Origin: Escherichia phage vB_EcoM_DE17
DNA length: 64,000 nt
Sequence record: OP595146.1
Direction: 5' to 3' (one strand)
Shown here: positions 1-9,099 of the stretch, one piece after another
How positions within the stretch are numbered: the stretch's first letter is position 1
How the letters are laid out: every line of letters starts with the position of its first letter
Translations under genes and position numbers: made by a program
The notes under the pieces: model-generated
The model's input: only the letters and a program-made list of their open reading frames with translations
What the model was told of the DNA's origin: nothing
Databases searched by the model: none

Positions 1-987
1 TTCATAACGAGAGGAACGCATCTTCATATCGTTGTAATCAGTTGGAACAGATACAACATCTCGTGGATGGACACGAACCTTCAGGATGGTATCACCTGAG
101 AAGCAACGAACATAATCCCAAGCACCAACATGAAGACCTTGAGAGCAAGTTACGTTACGGTTGTTATCAACCATCCAACGTGGCATCTCTACAATGTTAC
201 CCAAATCATTAGGTACTTTGTAGGTGTGAGAGTCAACCAGCTTGCCTTCACGAGTAGAGACTTTCTTCCAACCAATGATGTAGCCTTCTTCATCAATTTC
301 AACATCAAGGTGAGATACAAATCCCCAAAGTTGTTCTACAGAATCTTTAGATGGGTTTTCCATCAGTTTTTCGAAGAACATTACAAGTCGTTCAAAACCT
401 TTATCACCAGTTTTCATCATGTGAAGAATACGGTCAACCAGAGTAGAACGCATCTCAACAGCACCGTAGAAGAGCTTGTCACCTTTGATTGTGATAGCGC
501 CCTGAGTGAAGTTTTCGATAGACTTACGAATGTTCATCAGTTCAAATGCTTTCTTGAACTCACCTTTCACAACATGAACTACAATCTCTTGATAGTTCGG
601 ATGAGTAGATTCAACAATTTCAGATTCTGAACCGTAAGTCATAATTACAGAGTCACCAGTAATCATGTACTCAATCTTGTCATCTTTCTGCATAGCTTCA
701 TGCAGTTTATTCACTGGAGCTTTCTGTACAGCGTCTTTAACGACCTTTTCAACTGGTTTGCCAGCTTTCTTCTTAAAGGTCTTAGCAACTTGCTTCAAAG
801 TCTTCGTAGCTGGTGTAGAAGCTGCCTTTTTCTTTCCTTTTAAGGTTGCTTCATGACGCTCTACAGCACGACCAACTGAACGGGTTGAAGTATTGAACTT
901 CTGTGCAATAGCTGTTTTAGTCAGCTTACCTTCTTTAACCAGTTCGTAAATTTCTGCGTCAATCTGTGCTTTAGTTTTAGTAGTCAT
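1..987 (-). CDS. rIIB: rIIB protein, 3' end cut by window edge
   Basis: Absent from the ORF track because it runs off the edge. Own translation from ATG (cat at 985-987): MTTKTKAQIDAEIYELVKEGKLTK... The last residues, ...GLHVGAWDYVRCFSGDTILKVRVHPRDVVSVPTDYNDMKMRSSRYE, match the conserved T4 rIIB C-terminal region as I recall it. Lies directly downstream of rIIA. Confidence 0.8.
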   Translation of the reverse strand, partial: MTTKTKAQIDAEIYELVKEGKLTKTAIAQKFNTSTRSVGRAVERHEATLKGKKKAASTPATKTLKQVAKTFKKKAGKPVEKVVKDAVQKAPVNKLHEAMQKDDKIEYMITGDSVIMTYGSESEIVESTHPNYQEIVVHVVKGEFKKAFELMNIRKSIENFTQGAITIKGDKLFYGAVEMRSTLVDRILHMMKTGDKGFERLVMFFEKLMENPSKDSVEQLWGFVSHLDVEIDEEGYIIGWKKVSTREGKLVDSHTYKVPNDLGNIVEMPRWMVDNNRNVTCSQGLHVGAWDYVRCFSGDTILKVRVHPRDVVSVPTDYNDMKMRSSRYE

Positions 988-1031
988 CTTATTACTCTCT
1001 CTTGTTAATTAATAAATCATTTTGTAAGGCT

Positions 1032-1061
1032 ATTCTAAGGGGCTTTGAAGCCCCTTGTCAA
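1032..1061 (-). promoter_or_regulatory. sigma70-like promoter with hairpin in the spacer, between rIIA and rIIB
   Basis: Minus strand reads TTGACA (1061-1056), 18 nt, TAGAAT (1037-1032). The spacer is the hairpin AAGGGGC-TTCAAA-GCCCCTT. Confidence 0.5.
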
Positions 1062-1066
1062 ACACT

Positions 1067-3433
1067 TTAATCGTAAATTGTAGTCCCTTCTGGAACACAC
1101 TTCACATCAAAGCCTAAGAACTTACTCACTTCGATGGGTGACACTTTATTCCAATCTAAATGAGAAAGCAAGAAGTTTTCTTGTTTTCTTTTTGAAAGGT
1201 AGTTTGTCACCTTGATGACCATACGGTCACCAGCTTTCTTAATTTTCTTGTACAGCTTTGTATCATTATCAAGACAGCTTTTTAAATCTTGCAACACACT
1301 AATAGTGTAAGTGTATGCAAAAGGTGCAGCAACGTATTGGATTTTACCAAACATTGCCTCTACAGCATCTTCATTACCTTCTAAGAAGATAGTTTTGTTT
1401 GTGTCTCGTGAATAGCAATAACCGCGAGAAATCTTCCTGTTATTGAACGTAAAGTTTCTGGCAATAATCCAACTGCTTGTAAGGTCTAGGACACCATTCA
1501 TATAGATACGTGTCATATACCTGTTATGATTAATCCAGTGAACATCAGTTAAGCTGTCGTTCAAGAGCTTCTCATCTACTTCAATCCAGTCTTCTGGTAT
1601 CTTTTTCCAATTTGCTTTTCGGAAAACATAGACTGTCTTTTCAATGACATTGGCAACTGACTTAGCTACATCTTCTGGAGATGAGCAAAAACATTCACCA
1701 TCAACTGTGTCGCCTACTGCCTTAATATAAAGCTGAGGCTCTTCAATCGTATCTAAGTCTTCTGACACCTCTTTGTATGAAGCTACGCCTTCTGCTGGAA
1801 CAGCTTTCCAAAGTTTTACAACACCTCTTACAGCTTCTTTACGCTGATAATGGTGTTCCTTATCAGACATCTTCACAATCTTTAACAAGCTTTTATCAAG
1901 TTTGTGAAGATTGATTAAATCATCTAGCTCTTCCTCATTAGAGAATACAAAGACGATACCATTGTATCTGTGAAACAGACTTGACTCACTGGCATAGTCT
2001 CGACATGCACCACGCAGAATCTGATTGCGTCCTACAGTCTTCTCAGTACCATTTTTATTGCGACGGTCATTTATAACAAACAAAAACTGTTCAATTTGAC
2101 TTTTACGCATTGCGCCAAAGATATTGAACATACTTGCCTCTTGAGTGTAGGAAAGCGCTGTTGCACGAATCTTACTTTCTAAAGAGTTGAACTTAACATA
2201 AGCAACTGGATTATAAAGATAATCTACTTTAGGGATATTGTTCCCGTTCCTATCAACCTTAATATTGCCTTTACCGTCACGTTCGTAAATGACTGAGCCG
2301 TCTTCTGCGTAGATAATTCCACGACGAATGTTTAGTAATTCTTCTTCCAGAGAATCAAGCTTAACACCACCCCACTCTAGCTTTGGACACACAGCATTAA
2401 ACATCTCTCGTGAGTTCAAGCGTAACTCAGCATAAGCCTGTGCAGCATCCATGAGTGTAGGTTGGCTATTAACTTTCTTGATAACATCCTTTGTAATTGC
2501 TTCAGTTATCTTTTTGGTAGCCTCAATGATAACATTTTTTGTCGTATCATTCATCTGCAATGCTTCACGAGAAGCTGCAATAGCAACTGAGCCAATAGGC
2601 ATGTAGATGTTTACAAGGTCTACGCTCCTGCGGAAAAATTCTGGCAATACTTTGAAGAAATCATCACCAAGTAATGCTTCCATATTAACAGGGTAGGCAA
2701 TGTTACCCATCACCACATTAAACTCTGTCCTGTTACCACTAGAACGCCAGCTTTGTTTGTGAATCATGGCATCATAAACACCTTCTTCACGGGCAATGAC
2801 ATTCATATCTGCTAATACATCGTCATACTCGATATTACTTTCTGGTTTTACAGCAAAGTATGAGTATACGTTACCAGCTTCTTCAAAGAACTTTGAGATG
2901 CGGTGGTCAGCAACTGCTACACGTACAGCTAAACCATTAGGCTCTTTTGTTGGGTTGGTGGTCAGTTTAGTTACTTGAGGAATGCCATTCTCAAGGTAAA
3001 CAGAGTACTTATTAACCACACCATCAACATAGCTAGACACTGTGAATGACTGAGCAATTGCAAATGGGGATTTTGAGCCGATACCCATTGCACCAATGTA
3101 GTCATTAGAGTCATTCTTCGTAGAAGCCCCGTAGTTTAGGTACAAACTCATAACTTTATCATGAGTCAATCCAGTTCCAAAATCACGGACTTCAAAGTAA
3201 GGCTCAAAACGAGTAGGTAAATGCACATGGAACGGGATATTCTCTTTTCCAGCTTCTTTCTGAGCATCTACTGCGTTACATGACAGTTCACGAATCACTG
3301 CCCTTTCTTTAAAGGTATATACACCAGAACTCAAAAGGCTGAACATTTCAGGTGTCATTGTAATCTGTGCTTGAGACGTCTCTAAAGAAGTTGAACTCTT
3401 AATCACTTCTGCGTGGTCATTTACCATGCGCAT
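1067..3433 (-). CDS. rIIA: rIIA protein (GHKL/HATPase-like N-terminus)
   Basis: 788-aa ORF. N-terminal ATPase-like motifs: RELSCNAVDA, RDFGTGL, GAMGIGSKS. Size and position upstream of rIIB fit the T4-type rII pair. Confidence 0.8.
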   Translation of the reverse strand: MRMVNDHAEVIKSSTSLETSQAQITMTPEMFSLLSSGVYTFKERAVIRELSCNAVDAQKEAGKENIPFHVHLPTRFEPYFEVRDFGTGLTHDKVMSLYLNYGASTKNDSNDYIGAMGIGSKSPFAIAQSFTVSSYVDGVVNKYSVYLENGIPQVTKLTTNPTKEPNGLAVRVAVADHRISKFFEEAGNVYSYFAVKPESNIEYDDVLADMNVIAREEGVYDAMIHKQSWRSSGNRTEFNVVMGNIAYPVNMEALLGDDFFKVLPEFFRRSVDLVNIYMPIGSVAIAASREALQMNDTTKNVIIEATKKITEAITKDVIKKVNSQPTLMDAAQAYAELRLNSREMFNAVCPKLEWGGVKLDSLEEELLNIRRGIIYAEDGSVIYERDGKGNIKVDRNGNNIPKVDYLYNPVAYVKFNSLESKIRATALSYTQEASMFNIFGAMRKSQIEQFLFVINDRRNKNGTEKTVGRNQILRGACRDYASESSLFHRYNGIVFVFSNEEELDDLINLHKLDKSLLKIVKMSDKEHHYQRKEAVRGVVKLWKAVPAEGVASYKEVSEDLDTIEEPQLYIKAVGDTVDGECFCSSPEDVAKSVANVIEKTVYVFRKANWKKIPEDWIEVDEKLLNDSLTDVHWINHNRYMTRIYMNGVLDLTSSWIIARNFTFNNRKISRGYCYSRDTNKTIFLEGNEDAVEAMFGKIQYVAAPFAYTYTISVLQDLKSCLDNDTKLYKKIKKAGDRMVIKVTNYLSKRKQENFLLSHLDWNKVSPIEVSKFLGFDVKCVPEGTTIYD

Positions 3434-3461
3434 AATACTTTCCTCTTAGTTTACTGTTAAA

Positions 3462-3638
3462 TTACTTATTAAACATTTTACCAGAACCACCACACATAGG
3501 ACAGCAACCTGCTCTTGTATAGCCTTCTCCATTACAGTAGTCACATTTTTTGTGTTCTGCAAAGTACTTACAAAGAAGATAAACAAGGACTGCTACACCA
3601 CCAAGTGACAGTAAAATTTCTACCCAATATGCTTGCAT
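3462..3638 (-). CDS. small membrane protein with DnaJ-type zinc finger (58 aa, below ORF-track cutoff)
   Basis: Own translation: MQAYWVEILLSLGGVAVLVYLLCKYFAEHKKCDYCNGEGYTRAGCCPMCGGSGKMFNK. It has an N-terminal TM helix and two CxxCxGxG repeats. It fills the gap between rIIA and the upstream ORF. Confidence 0.55.
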   Translation of the reverse strand: MQAYWVEILLSLGGVAVLVYLLCKYFAEHKKCDYCNGEGYTRAGCCPMCGGSGKMFNK

Positions 3639-3955
3639 GACTCACCTCTCATATTTTTGTAAAGGATAAAGCTTCTGTCATGGACGACACTTGTAGACAC
3701 TGCAAAGTTACTTTCAAGCATCTGTTTGTTTGGATTGTAGAAGCTCTCTTTAAACTCGTCAAGTGCAAATTGGTGATTGTCTGGAAGACCTTTTACACAC
3801 ACCTTTATTGTGATTGCTGCTGCAATCTTCCCAGTCAGTTCTTCTTTAGCTGCTACTAAGATTTTGTTGAGGAACTTATGACCATTTTCAGGCTTCTTGA
3901 TGTTCTCCCAACGCTCTTCTAAGACAATATTGATGTTCATCTCTTTGATTTTCAT
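3620..3955 (-). CDS. hypothetical protein
   Basis: ORF track 3620..3967. I prefer the ATG at 3955 (MKIKEMNINIV...), preceded by GGTGA. The track start is a TTG. Confidence 0.55.
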   Translation of the reverse strand: MKIKEMNINIVLEERWENIKKPENGHKFLNKILVAAKEELTGKIAAAITIKVCVKGLPDNHQFALDEFKESFYNPNKQMLESNFAVSTSVVHDRSFILYKNMRGESCKHIG

Positions 3956-3960
3956 AATTT

Positions 3961-4305
3961 TCACCAAGTCCAGTTAACGAGTATGCCATCGAAACCTTTT
4001 ACTAAAGGTACACCCTCATGTTCATAAAATTCAGGATTAACTTCGAATCCACGATTTTCAATATACTCTATCATGTATTTCATTACAAAGCTAATCTCTT
4101 CGTAGTCATCTGGGTCTCTGCCAAAGAACTGTTCTATGACAAACATACCCTCTTTTGTAGCAAATTGGCAGTGGTGATTGTAGATACCTTCACAAAACTT
4201 TTCAAACTTTTCTTTACCGAGAACTTCAAGGATGTCTGTATAGGCAACTTGTAAGTATTTCGGTTGTACAGGTTTCTTATTAAACCATATGGAAAGGTTG
4301 TCCAT
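3961..4305 (-). CDS. hypothetical protein
   Basis: 114-aa ORF with GGAGA RBS (TTTCTGGAGAATGCTATG), directly after the terminator downstream of the NAMPT-like gene. Confidence 0.6.
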   Translation of the reverse strand: MDNLSIWFNKKPVQPKYLQVAYTDILEVLGKEKFEKFCEGIYNHHCQFATKEGMFVIEQFFGRDPDDYEEISFVMKYMIEYIENRGFEVNPEFYEHEGVPLVKGFDGILVNWTW

Positions 4306-4321
4306 AGCATTCTCCAGAAAT

Positions 4322-4345
4322 TAAAAAGGCTCCCGTAGGAGCCTC
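4322..4345 (-). terminator. rho-independent terminator after the NAMPT-like gene
   Basis: Minus strand: GAGGCTCC-TACG-GGAGCCTTTTTAA. GC stem, tetraloop and U-run. Confidence 0.8.
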
Positions 4346-4358
4346 TTATCATATACTT

Positions 4359-6140
4359 TTAAAGCTGCTTGTCAATATTATTTCGAATATCACCAAGAGT
4401 TGTGTAGCCGAACTGCTCAGAGTCGCTAAAGACTAAACGTAAAGCACAAGCTGGATGTTCAAGTGCATCTGCAAAGCTCTGGAATCCATAGCCATCTACA
4501 GCTTTCAGATTCTCACCATCCCACATAGGGGCTACACCACCAAAAGCAGACTTCTTAACACCACTATCTGTTTTAGGGTCTTTTGCAAGCATAATCTCTT
4601 TACCACCAATTCTTGCAAGAGTTGCTTTGACAGCAAATGCAAAGGTGTCACGAGTCATGTACTGGTAAGTGTAAGAACCTACACCAAACACTACGTTAGA
4701 GCTTGCAAAACCCATTTCATACAAACGCTTAAGGATTTCGTTTGCGCGTTCCAACGTGATAGAGTCACCATAAATAAGTCCGATATGCTCATCCAGTACT
4801 TTAAAACCTTTAGAGTTGATAGTTCCTCCAAAGATGTTATACAGTGTCTTGATAGCTCCATCAATCTCCGCTACAGGACGTGTTACAACGTTTGCAGAAC
4901 CAACCATATAAGCATTTTTCAACAGCACTGTATCAGCAACTTCAAAGTCTTCTCTGTCAACAACCATTTCGTAACCTTCTGACAGTAGCCATCCAGCAAT
5001 ACCATAATTGATGTTTTCAAGCTTCATGTTCAGAACAGCATTCAGCATTGTGTCGCTGGCTTCCAGCTTACTTAGGTGTTCGTAATAAGCCTTTTTAGCA
5101 CACTCTAAATGGATTGCTTTGTATCCTGTGACAATATGTACAGGGTCTCCAGAATCAGGACGAATTACCAGTTTGCCATCACGTTCCATAATCTCTTTAC
5201 GGAGTTCTGGCAATATGACTGATACAGTTCTCCAGAAGTTATAAGTATCTGAAACAACACTTGCAATACCAGTTGGGTAAGTTTTTGTTAAGAAACGACG
5301 GAAGGTTTGTAACTCACCTTTAAAGCGTCTTTCTTCTTCAATCAACTCGTTACCACCTTCCCAAGCAATGTTTGCACACATTACAGAATGTTCAGTGGCT
5401 GGTACAGAGCTACCAATATCAGAGATTGGGTAGGACTGTCCATAGATGCGTTTAGCTGTATACACAGCAGGGAAGCTATCAGTCCCTTTAAAGCTGGTTA
5501 AGTGACCTACAGCGTTAAATGCGTCATCAGTAAAGCCAGACATACCACGCATAGCAAAGTCATGGCACTGGTAAGGTAAATGTAAGTCGTTGTCACAAGT
5601 AAGGTCAGCCCACTTCTTACAGATACGTTTGTAGTGCAATGCAATAGTTGCAATGGTACAAGCCTTCCAAATCTCAGCAGAGAAAGCATCTTCCAGATAC
5701 CCCGCTACCCAATGGAAACCTGAAACAGTGTTCTGGAAAACAATCATTGGTACACGCATAGGGACAACTGTACCTTCTTCTACAGCGTAGACTTCAACTG
5801 GTAAATAACCTAAGTCGTGGAGTGCTTCCCAATGTTCTCGACCAATAGCATCTTTACCCAGAACACCATTCATGACTTCTAAGATTTCGTCAATTGCTTC
5901 TTTTTTGTCACGTTCAAAGAACGTAGCATTCCAATGGTCTATCAGGTAATCTTTAACAAAACGTTGAATACCAAAAGCAACTACACCATCAATTGCTAAG
6001 GGGCTGTTAAACCATTTGTCACTACGTGGTGTCAGGTTGAACATCAAGTACTCTGTTGCGCTAGGATACTGGTAGATGTGACCAGATTTGTAAGCATCTG
6101 CGTTTAAACCTGCTGGTACTGCATAAAGTGATTTAGTCAT
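4359..6140 (-). CDS. nadV: nicotinamide phosphoribosyltransferase-family protein (NadV/NAMPT-like; candidate Namat of NARP1)
   Basis: 593-aa ORF that I recognise as NAMPT/NAPRTase family (YAVPAGLNADAYKSGH..., SVPATEHSVM, GDSITLERA, FGVGSYTYQ). Adjacent to a Prs-like gene. Confidence 0.8.
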   Translation of the reverse strand: MTKSLYAVPAGLNADAYKSGHIYQYPSATEYLMFNLTPRSDKWFNSPLAIDGVVAFGIQRFVKDYLIDHWNATFFERDKKEAIDEILEVMNGVLGKDAIGREHWEALHDLGYLPVEVYAVEEGTVVPMRVPMIVFQNTVSGFHWVAGYLEDAFSAEIWKACTIATIALHYKRICKKWADLTCDNDLHLPYQCHDFAMRGMSGFTDDAFNAVGHLTSFKGTDSFPAVYTAKRIYGQSYPISDIGSSVPATEHSVMCANIAWEGGNELIEEERRFKGELQTFRRFLTKTYPTGIASVVSDTYNFWRTVSVILPELRKEIMERDGKLVIRPDSGDPVHIVTGYKAIHLECAKKAYYEHLSKLEASDTMLNAVLNMKLENINYGIAGWLLSEGYEMVVDREDFEVADTVLLKNAYMVGSANVVTRPVAEIDGAIKTLYNIFGGTINSKGFKVLDEHIGLIYGDSITLERANEILKRLYEMGFASSNVVFGVGSYTYQYMTRDTFAFAVKATLARIGGKEIMLAKDPKTDSGVKKSAFGGVAPMWDGENLKAVDGYGFQSFADALEHPACALRLVFSDSEQFGYTTLGDIRNNIDKQL

Positions 6141-6185
6141 CTTTTAATCTCTCTCAAAATGGGGCTTTTAAGCCCCTATAAACTT

Positions 6186-7067
6186 TCAATCAAGGTTTGC
6201 TACAGTAACTTGACTATAATGTGTTAAGCCACGGTCTTTAGCTTCGCCTAAAGAGTTTGTAGTGTAAATATGGTCGATACCATTGTCAAGAAGGTTTTCA
6301 ACATCTTTAGAGAAGATACCATGTGTTACATAAAGTTCCACACGTTTTGCACCTGCTTCACGAAGATGTTTCGCTGCTTCTATGAAGGTTCGACCACCAT
6401 CACAGATATCATCCAGAATCATAACGGTTTTATCTGTCAAATCAACATCATCAAGGATTCGCATACCAGTAATTTCACCAGTCTTAAGGTTACGCACTTT
6501 AGACATTGTGATGTATGGTTTATCCACCTCTTTAGCAGTCTCTGCAATCTTCTTAGCAGCACCTGCATCTGGGGCTACTAAGTAATCAATCAGTGGGTCA
6601 TTTGCATAGTGGACTGCAATTTCCTTTTGAGGAATACTCTGGAAGCAGTTAAACAGGTTATCTGGTACATAGCTGTGAGGGTCAACTGCACAGACTGCAC
6701 CAAATCCCATTGCATTTACCTGTTTAGCAAAAACCTTTAAAGCTGCTGCGTCACCTTTAAACATGTGACGGTCATAGCGTGCATTTGGTAAGTAGTAAAA
6801 GATGACAGTCTTTAAAGCATAATCATGAGGAATTAAATCATCAATTGCTTCTTTAGCAAGTGCCACAGCAAACAATGTATCCTTATCATAACCTTTTACA
6901 ATCATAATCACATTGTTGATGGATGATGCTGCATAAGCAGTGAAATCAACAAACTCTGGCGAAAAGTGTCCACCAATCTCACCAGAAGGAAATTGGATGA
7001 TGTTAAACTCTTCTTCATGAGTTCCTTTAGTTGGTGAATGAACTGTAACACGGATAGATGTTTTCAT
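6186..7067 (-). CDS. prs: ribose-phosphate pyrophosphokinase-family protein (Prs-like; candidate Adps of NARP1)
   Basis: PRTase-type motif VMILDDICDGGRT and overall Prs-like sequence. Start moved to the ATG at 7067 (MKTSIRV...) behind the RBS GAGAGAGAA. Confidence 0.75.
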   Translation of the reverse strand: MKTSIRVTVHSPTKGTHEEEFNIIQFPSGEIGGHFSPEFVDFTAYAASSINNVIMIVKGYDKDTLFAVALAKEAIDDLIPHDYALKTVIFYYLPNARYDRHMFKGDAAALKVFAKQVNAMGFGAVCAVDPHSYVPDNLFNCFQSIPQKEIAVHYANDPLIDYLVAPDAGAAKKIAETAKEVDKPYITMSKVRNLKTGEITGMRILDDVDLTDKTVMILDDICDGGRTFIEAAKHLREAGAKRVELYVTHGIFSKDVENLLDNGIDHIYTTNSLGEAKDRGLTHYSQVTVANLD

Positions 7068-7078
7068 AGTTTTCTCTC

Positions 7079-7357
7079 TCAATCAAAAGTTACGTTTGTT
7101 ACTGCCATTGCAGATTTGCATTTTGCAGGGTCTACAACGTGATAAAGTACACTACAGTTACCTGTGCTGTCTGGTACAGGTTTAACCCATTGTTGCTTGA
7201 CAGTTGGTTCGCCTAAGTCTTTGTAAGAACCATCTGTAAAGTTGTTTACCATCTCAAGTGCAATTGGCTCTGGAACATGACCACGTATCATGTACATTTC
7301 ACAGCCATTACCACCTTCACTGACTAATGGTAAAATCTCCCACTTTTCTTTAGCCAT
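7079..7357 (-). CDS. hypothetical protein
   Basis: 92-aa ORF. Its stop overlaps the region of the next gene's RBS. Same-strand tight packing. Confidence 0.55.
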   Translation of the reverse strand: MAKEKWEILPLVSEGGNGCEMYMIRGHVPEPIALEMVNNFTDGSYKDLGEPTVKQQWVKPVPDSTGNCSVLYHVVDPAKCKSAMAVTNVTFD

Positions 7358-7865
7358 TGTAAGTTGCCCTATAAACTATCTCGAACTTCAACAGGAGAGA
7401 TATTGCCAAATCTGTATAGTTGTTGTCAAGCACATCTGGCATATTATTTTTGATATATCTCTCTTGCTCTTCATAGGTCATCTTAGGGGTACTTAAAAGA
7501 CTATCTCCTTGCTTCTGGTTATCAGCTTTAGTCTGAATAAACCAGTTTGCACAGTGATGTTCGCCACCTTTTGTAACAGGTTTGTGGTGGCCTAATGTGA
7601 AGGATTGACTGCCTGTGTATCTGCAAAGTTTATTGAGTACTGTAATGGTGTTCTTCACAACAAAGCATTCATATAGGTTGTCTATGGTGTAGTGTGGGTA
7701 ATATCGAAATAATGCTCTTTCACGAGTACTCTCACGATTCCAGAGAATCATGTGGTTGGAGTTGGAAGGGTCGTATTGGTGGGAGTCAATGAACTCTTGA
7801 CGTTCCTCAAAACTGAGTCTTAACACTGACATTGCAGCAGAACGTTTCAGATTTGACAGATACAT
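7350..7865 (-). CDS. HNH endonuclease-domain protein
   Basis: Motif LGHHKPVTKGGEHHCANWFIQTKADNQKQG fits the HNH pattern (HH..P...GG....N....N). RBS GGAGATAATATATG. Confidence 0.6.
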   Translation of the reverse strand: MYLSNLKRSAAMSVLRLSFEERQEFIDSHQYDPSNSNHMILWNRESTRERALFRYYPHYTIDNLYECFVVKNTITVLNKLCRYTGSQSFTLGHHKPVTKGGEHHCANWFIQTKADNQKQGDSLLSTPKMTYEEQERYIKNNMPDVLDNNYTDLAISLLLKFEIVYRATYNG

Positions 7866-7873
7866 ATTATCTC

Positions 7874-7905
7874 CAAAATAAAAAGGGAACCTTTACAGTT
7901 CCCTT
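7874..7905 (-). terminator. rho-independent terminator
   Basis: Minus strand: AAGGGAAC-TGTAAAG-GTTCCCTTTTTATTTT. Confidence 0.8.
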
Positions 7906-7916
7906 ATAGTATCTGC

Positions 7917-8237
7917 TTACTGAGCTACTTTCAAGATTCTTGTGAATGGAATTTCACTTTCTTCCATTAACTCTTTAGTTTCTTTGGTAACTTTCACAAA
8001 GTTATCTAGGCAGATAATCTTCTTATCTTTCTTACTATAGGTTAATTTAACCTTTTCAATATCTTTCTCAGAGCTTTTCTCTTCATTGAAGAGTTTTACA
8101 GCCTCTTTGAATGGGAGATATGAGCCATCATTATCACTAATGAATCCTGTACCACAATAGTAGGAGTTATGTTCTCTAGCCATAAACTGGCACAGTAAGA
8201 AAATCTGTAATTTACGAGTGTTATAAACTTTGCTCAT
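7917..8237 (-). CDS. hypothetical protein
   Basis: 106-aa ORF followed by a terminator. Confidence 0.55.
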   Translation of the reverse strand: MSKVYNTRKLQIFLLCQFMAREHNSYYCGTGFISDNDGSYLPFKEAVKLFNEEKSSEKDIEKVKLTYSKKDKKIICLDNFVKVTKETKELMEESEIPFTRILKVAQ

Positions 8238-8239
8238 GA

Positions 8240-8506
8240 TTATTTAGCCTTCTTATTACGTTTACGGTTACGAGCTTTCTTAGCTGCTCGTTTAATAGCT
8301 GCTGCACCAGACGGACGGTGGGCTTGTTTCTTACCACCTTTGCCACGGCCTACATAGATGTAAGGTTGCTGTTCAATTTGGCTTGTAAGAACCTGTGCAA
8401 CCGCTGAAGCATCTACACCGACCTGCTTTCCAGTCATAGAAACAATGGCTGCTGCTTTTGCCAGTGCCTTCAAGAATCCAGCTTTCATATTACCTAAAAT
8501 TCCCAT
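8240..8506 (-). CDS. hypothetical protein with highly basic C-terminus
   Basis: Start placed at the ATG at 8506 (MGILGNMKAG...). C-terminus is KRAAKKARNRKRNKKAK. Confidence 0.5.
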   Translation of the reverse strand: MGILGNMKAGFLKALAKAAAIVSMTGKQVGVDASAVAQVLTSQIEQQPYIYVGRGKGGKKQAHRPSGAAAIKRAAKKARNRKRNKKAK

Positions 8507-8604
8507 TTTTAGTCTCTCTCTCATTAAAGTTTAATACAGAACTTATGAAGTTCTTCTTCAGTGATACCAATTGGAGTTATACCTTAGTCCATTTGCCAGA
8601 ATAA

Positions 8605-9090
8605 TCACTCTGCTCTCCACTGACAATCACCTTGCCACCCATACTCTTTTCTCCAGAGGTTTTGATTATCAGAACCACGATACGGTTTAACTGTTGGTTT
8701 AGATGAATCATACTTACCATCAATCACCACGTCAACATATTTCATCACATCTAGGTGAATTTTTTCGTGTAACTGAAAACCTGTCCAGAGCCAGATAGAC
8801 TTCTCTGGATAAACAGTTTTAATACGTTTGCATATGTTGGTAACCTCTTGAATATTTCTATCATCCAGAGGTTCTCCACCAAGTATTGACAACCCACTGA
8901 TGGCCTCATCACCCATTAAATTAATAATGCCGTAAAGGTTTGCATAAGTAAACTCTTTACCAGCATTAAACTTCCAAGACTCCCTGTTAAAGCAGCCTTC
9001 ACAGTGATGTTTACAGCCAGCTACGAAGAGGCTTACCCGAACCCCTTCACCATTAGCTGTGTCAAATGGTCGAATCTCCATGTAATTCAT
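8605..9090 (-). CDS. nrdG: anaerobic ribonucleotide reductase activating protein (radical SAM)
   Basis: CKHHCEGC (CxxxCxxC) radical-SAM cluster motif, about 160 aa, same operon as nrdD. Confidence 0.85.
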   Translation of the reverse strand: MNYMEIRPFDTANGEGVRVSLFVAGCKHHCEGCFNRESWKFNAGKEFTYANLYGIINLMGDEAISGLSILGGEPLDDRNIQEVTNICKRIKTVYPEKSIWLWTGFQLHEKIHLDVMKYVDVVIDGKYDSSKPTVKPYRGSDNQNLWRKEYGWQGDCQWRAE

Positions 9091-9099
9091 CTAGTTACC

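Noticed and set aside
130-856. Plus-strand ORFs 130..630 and 665..856
   Set aside because: They are antisense to the rIIB coding frame, whose translation matches a known protein family. They are shadow ORFs.
4455-4982. 175-aa plus-strand ORF. Similar antisense ORFs occur at 57153..57569, 19750..20121, 12045..12338, 6270..6585 and 39895..40176.
   Set aside because: All lie antisense within long, functionally recognisable minus-strand genes and lack RBSs.
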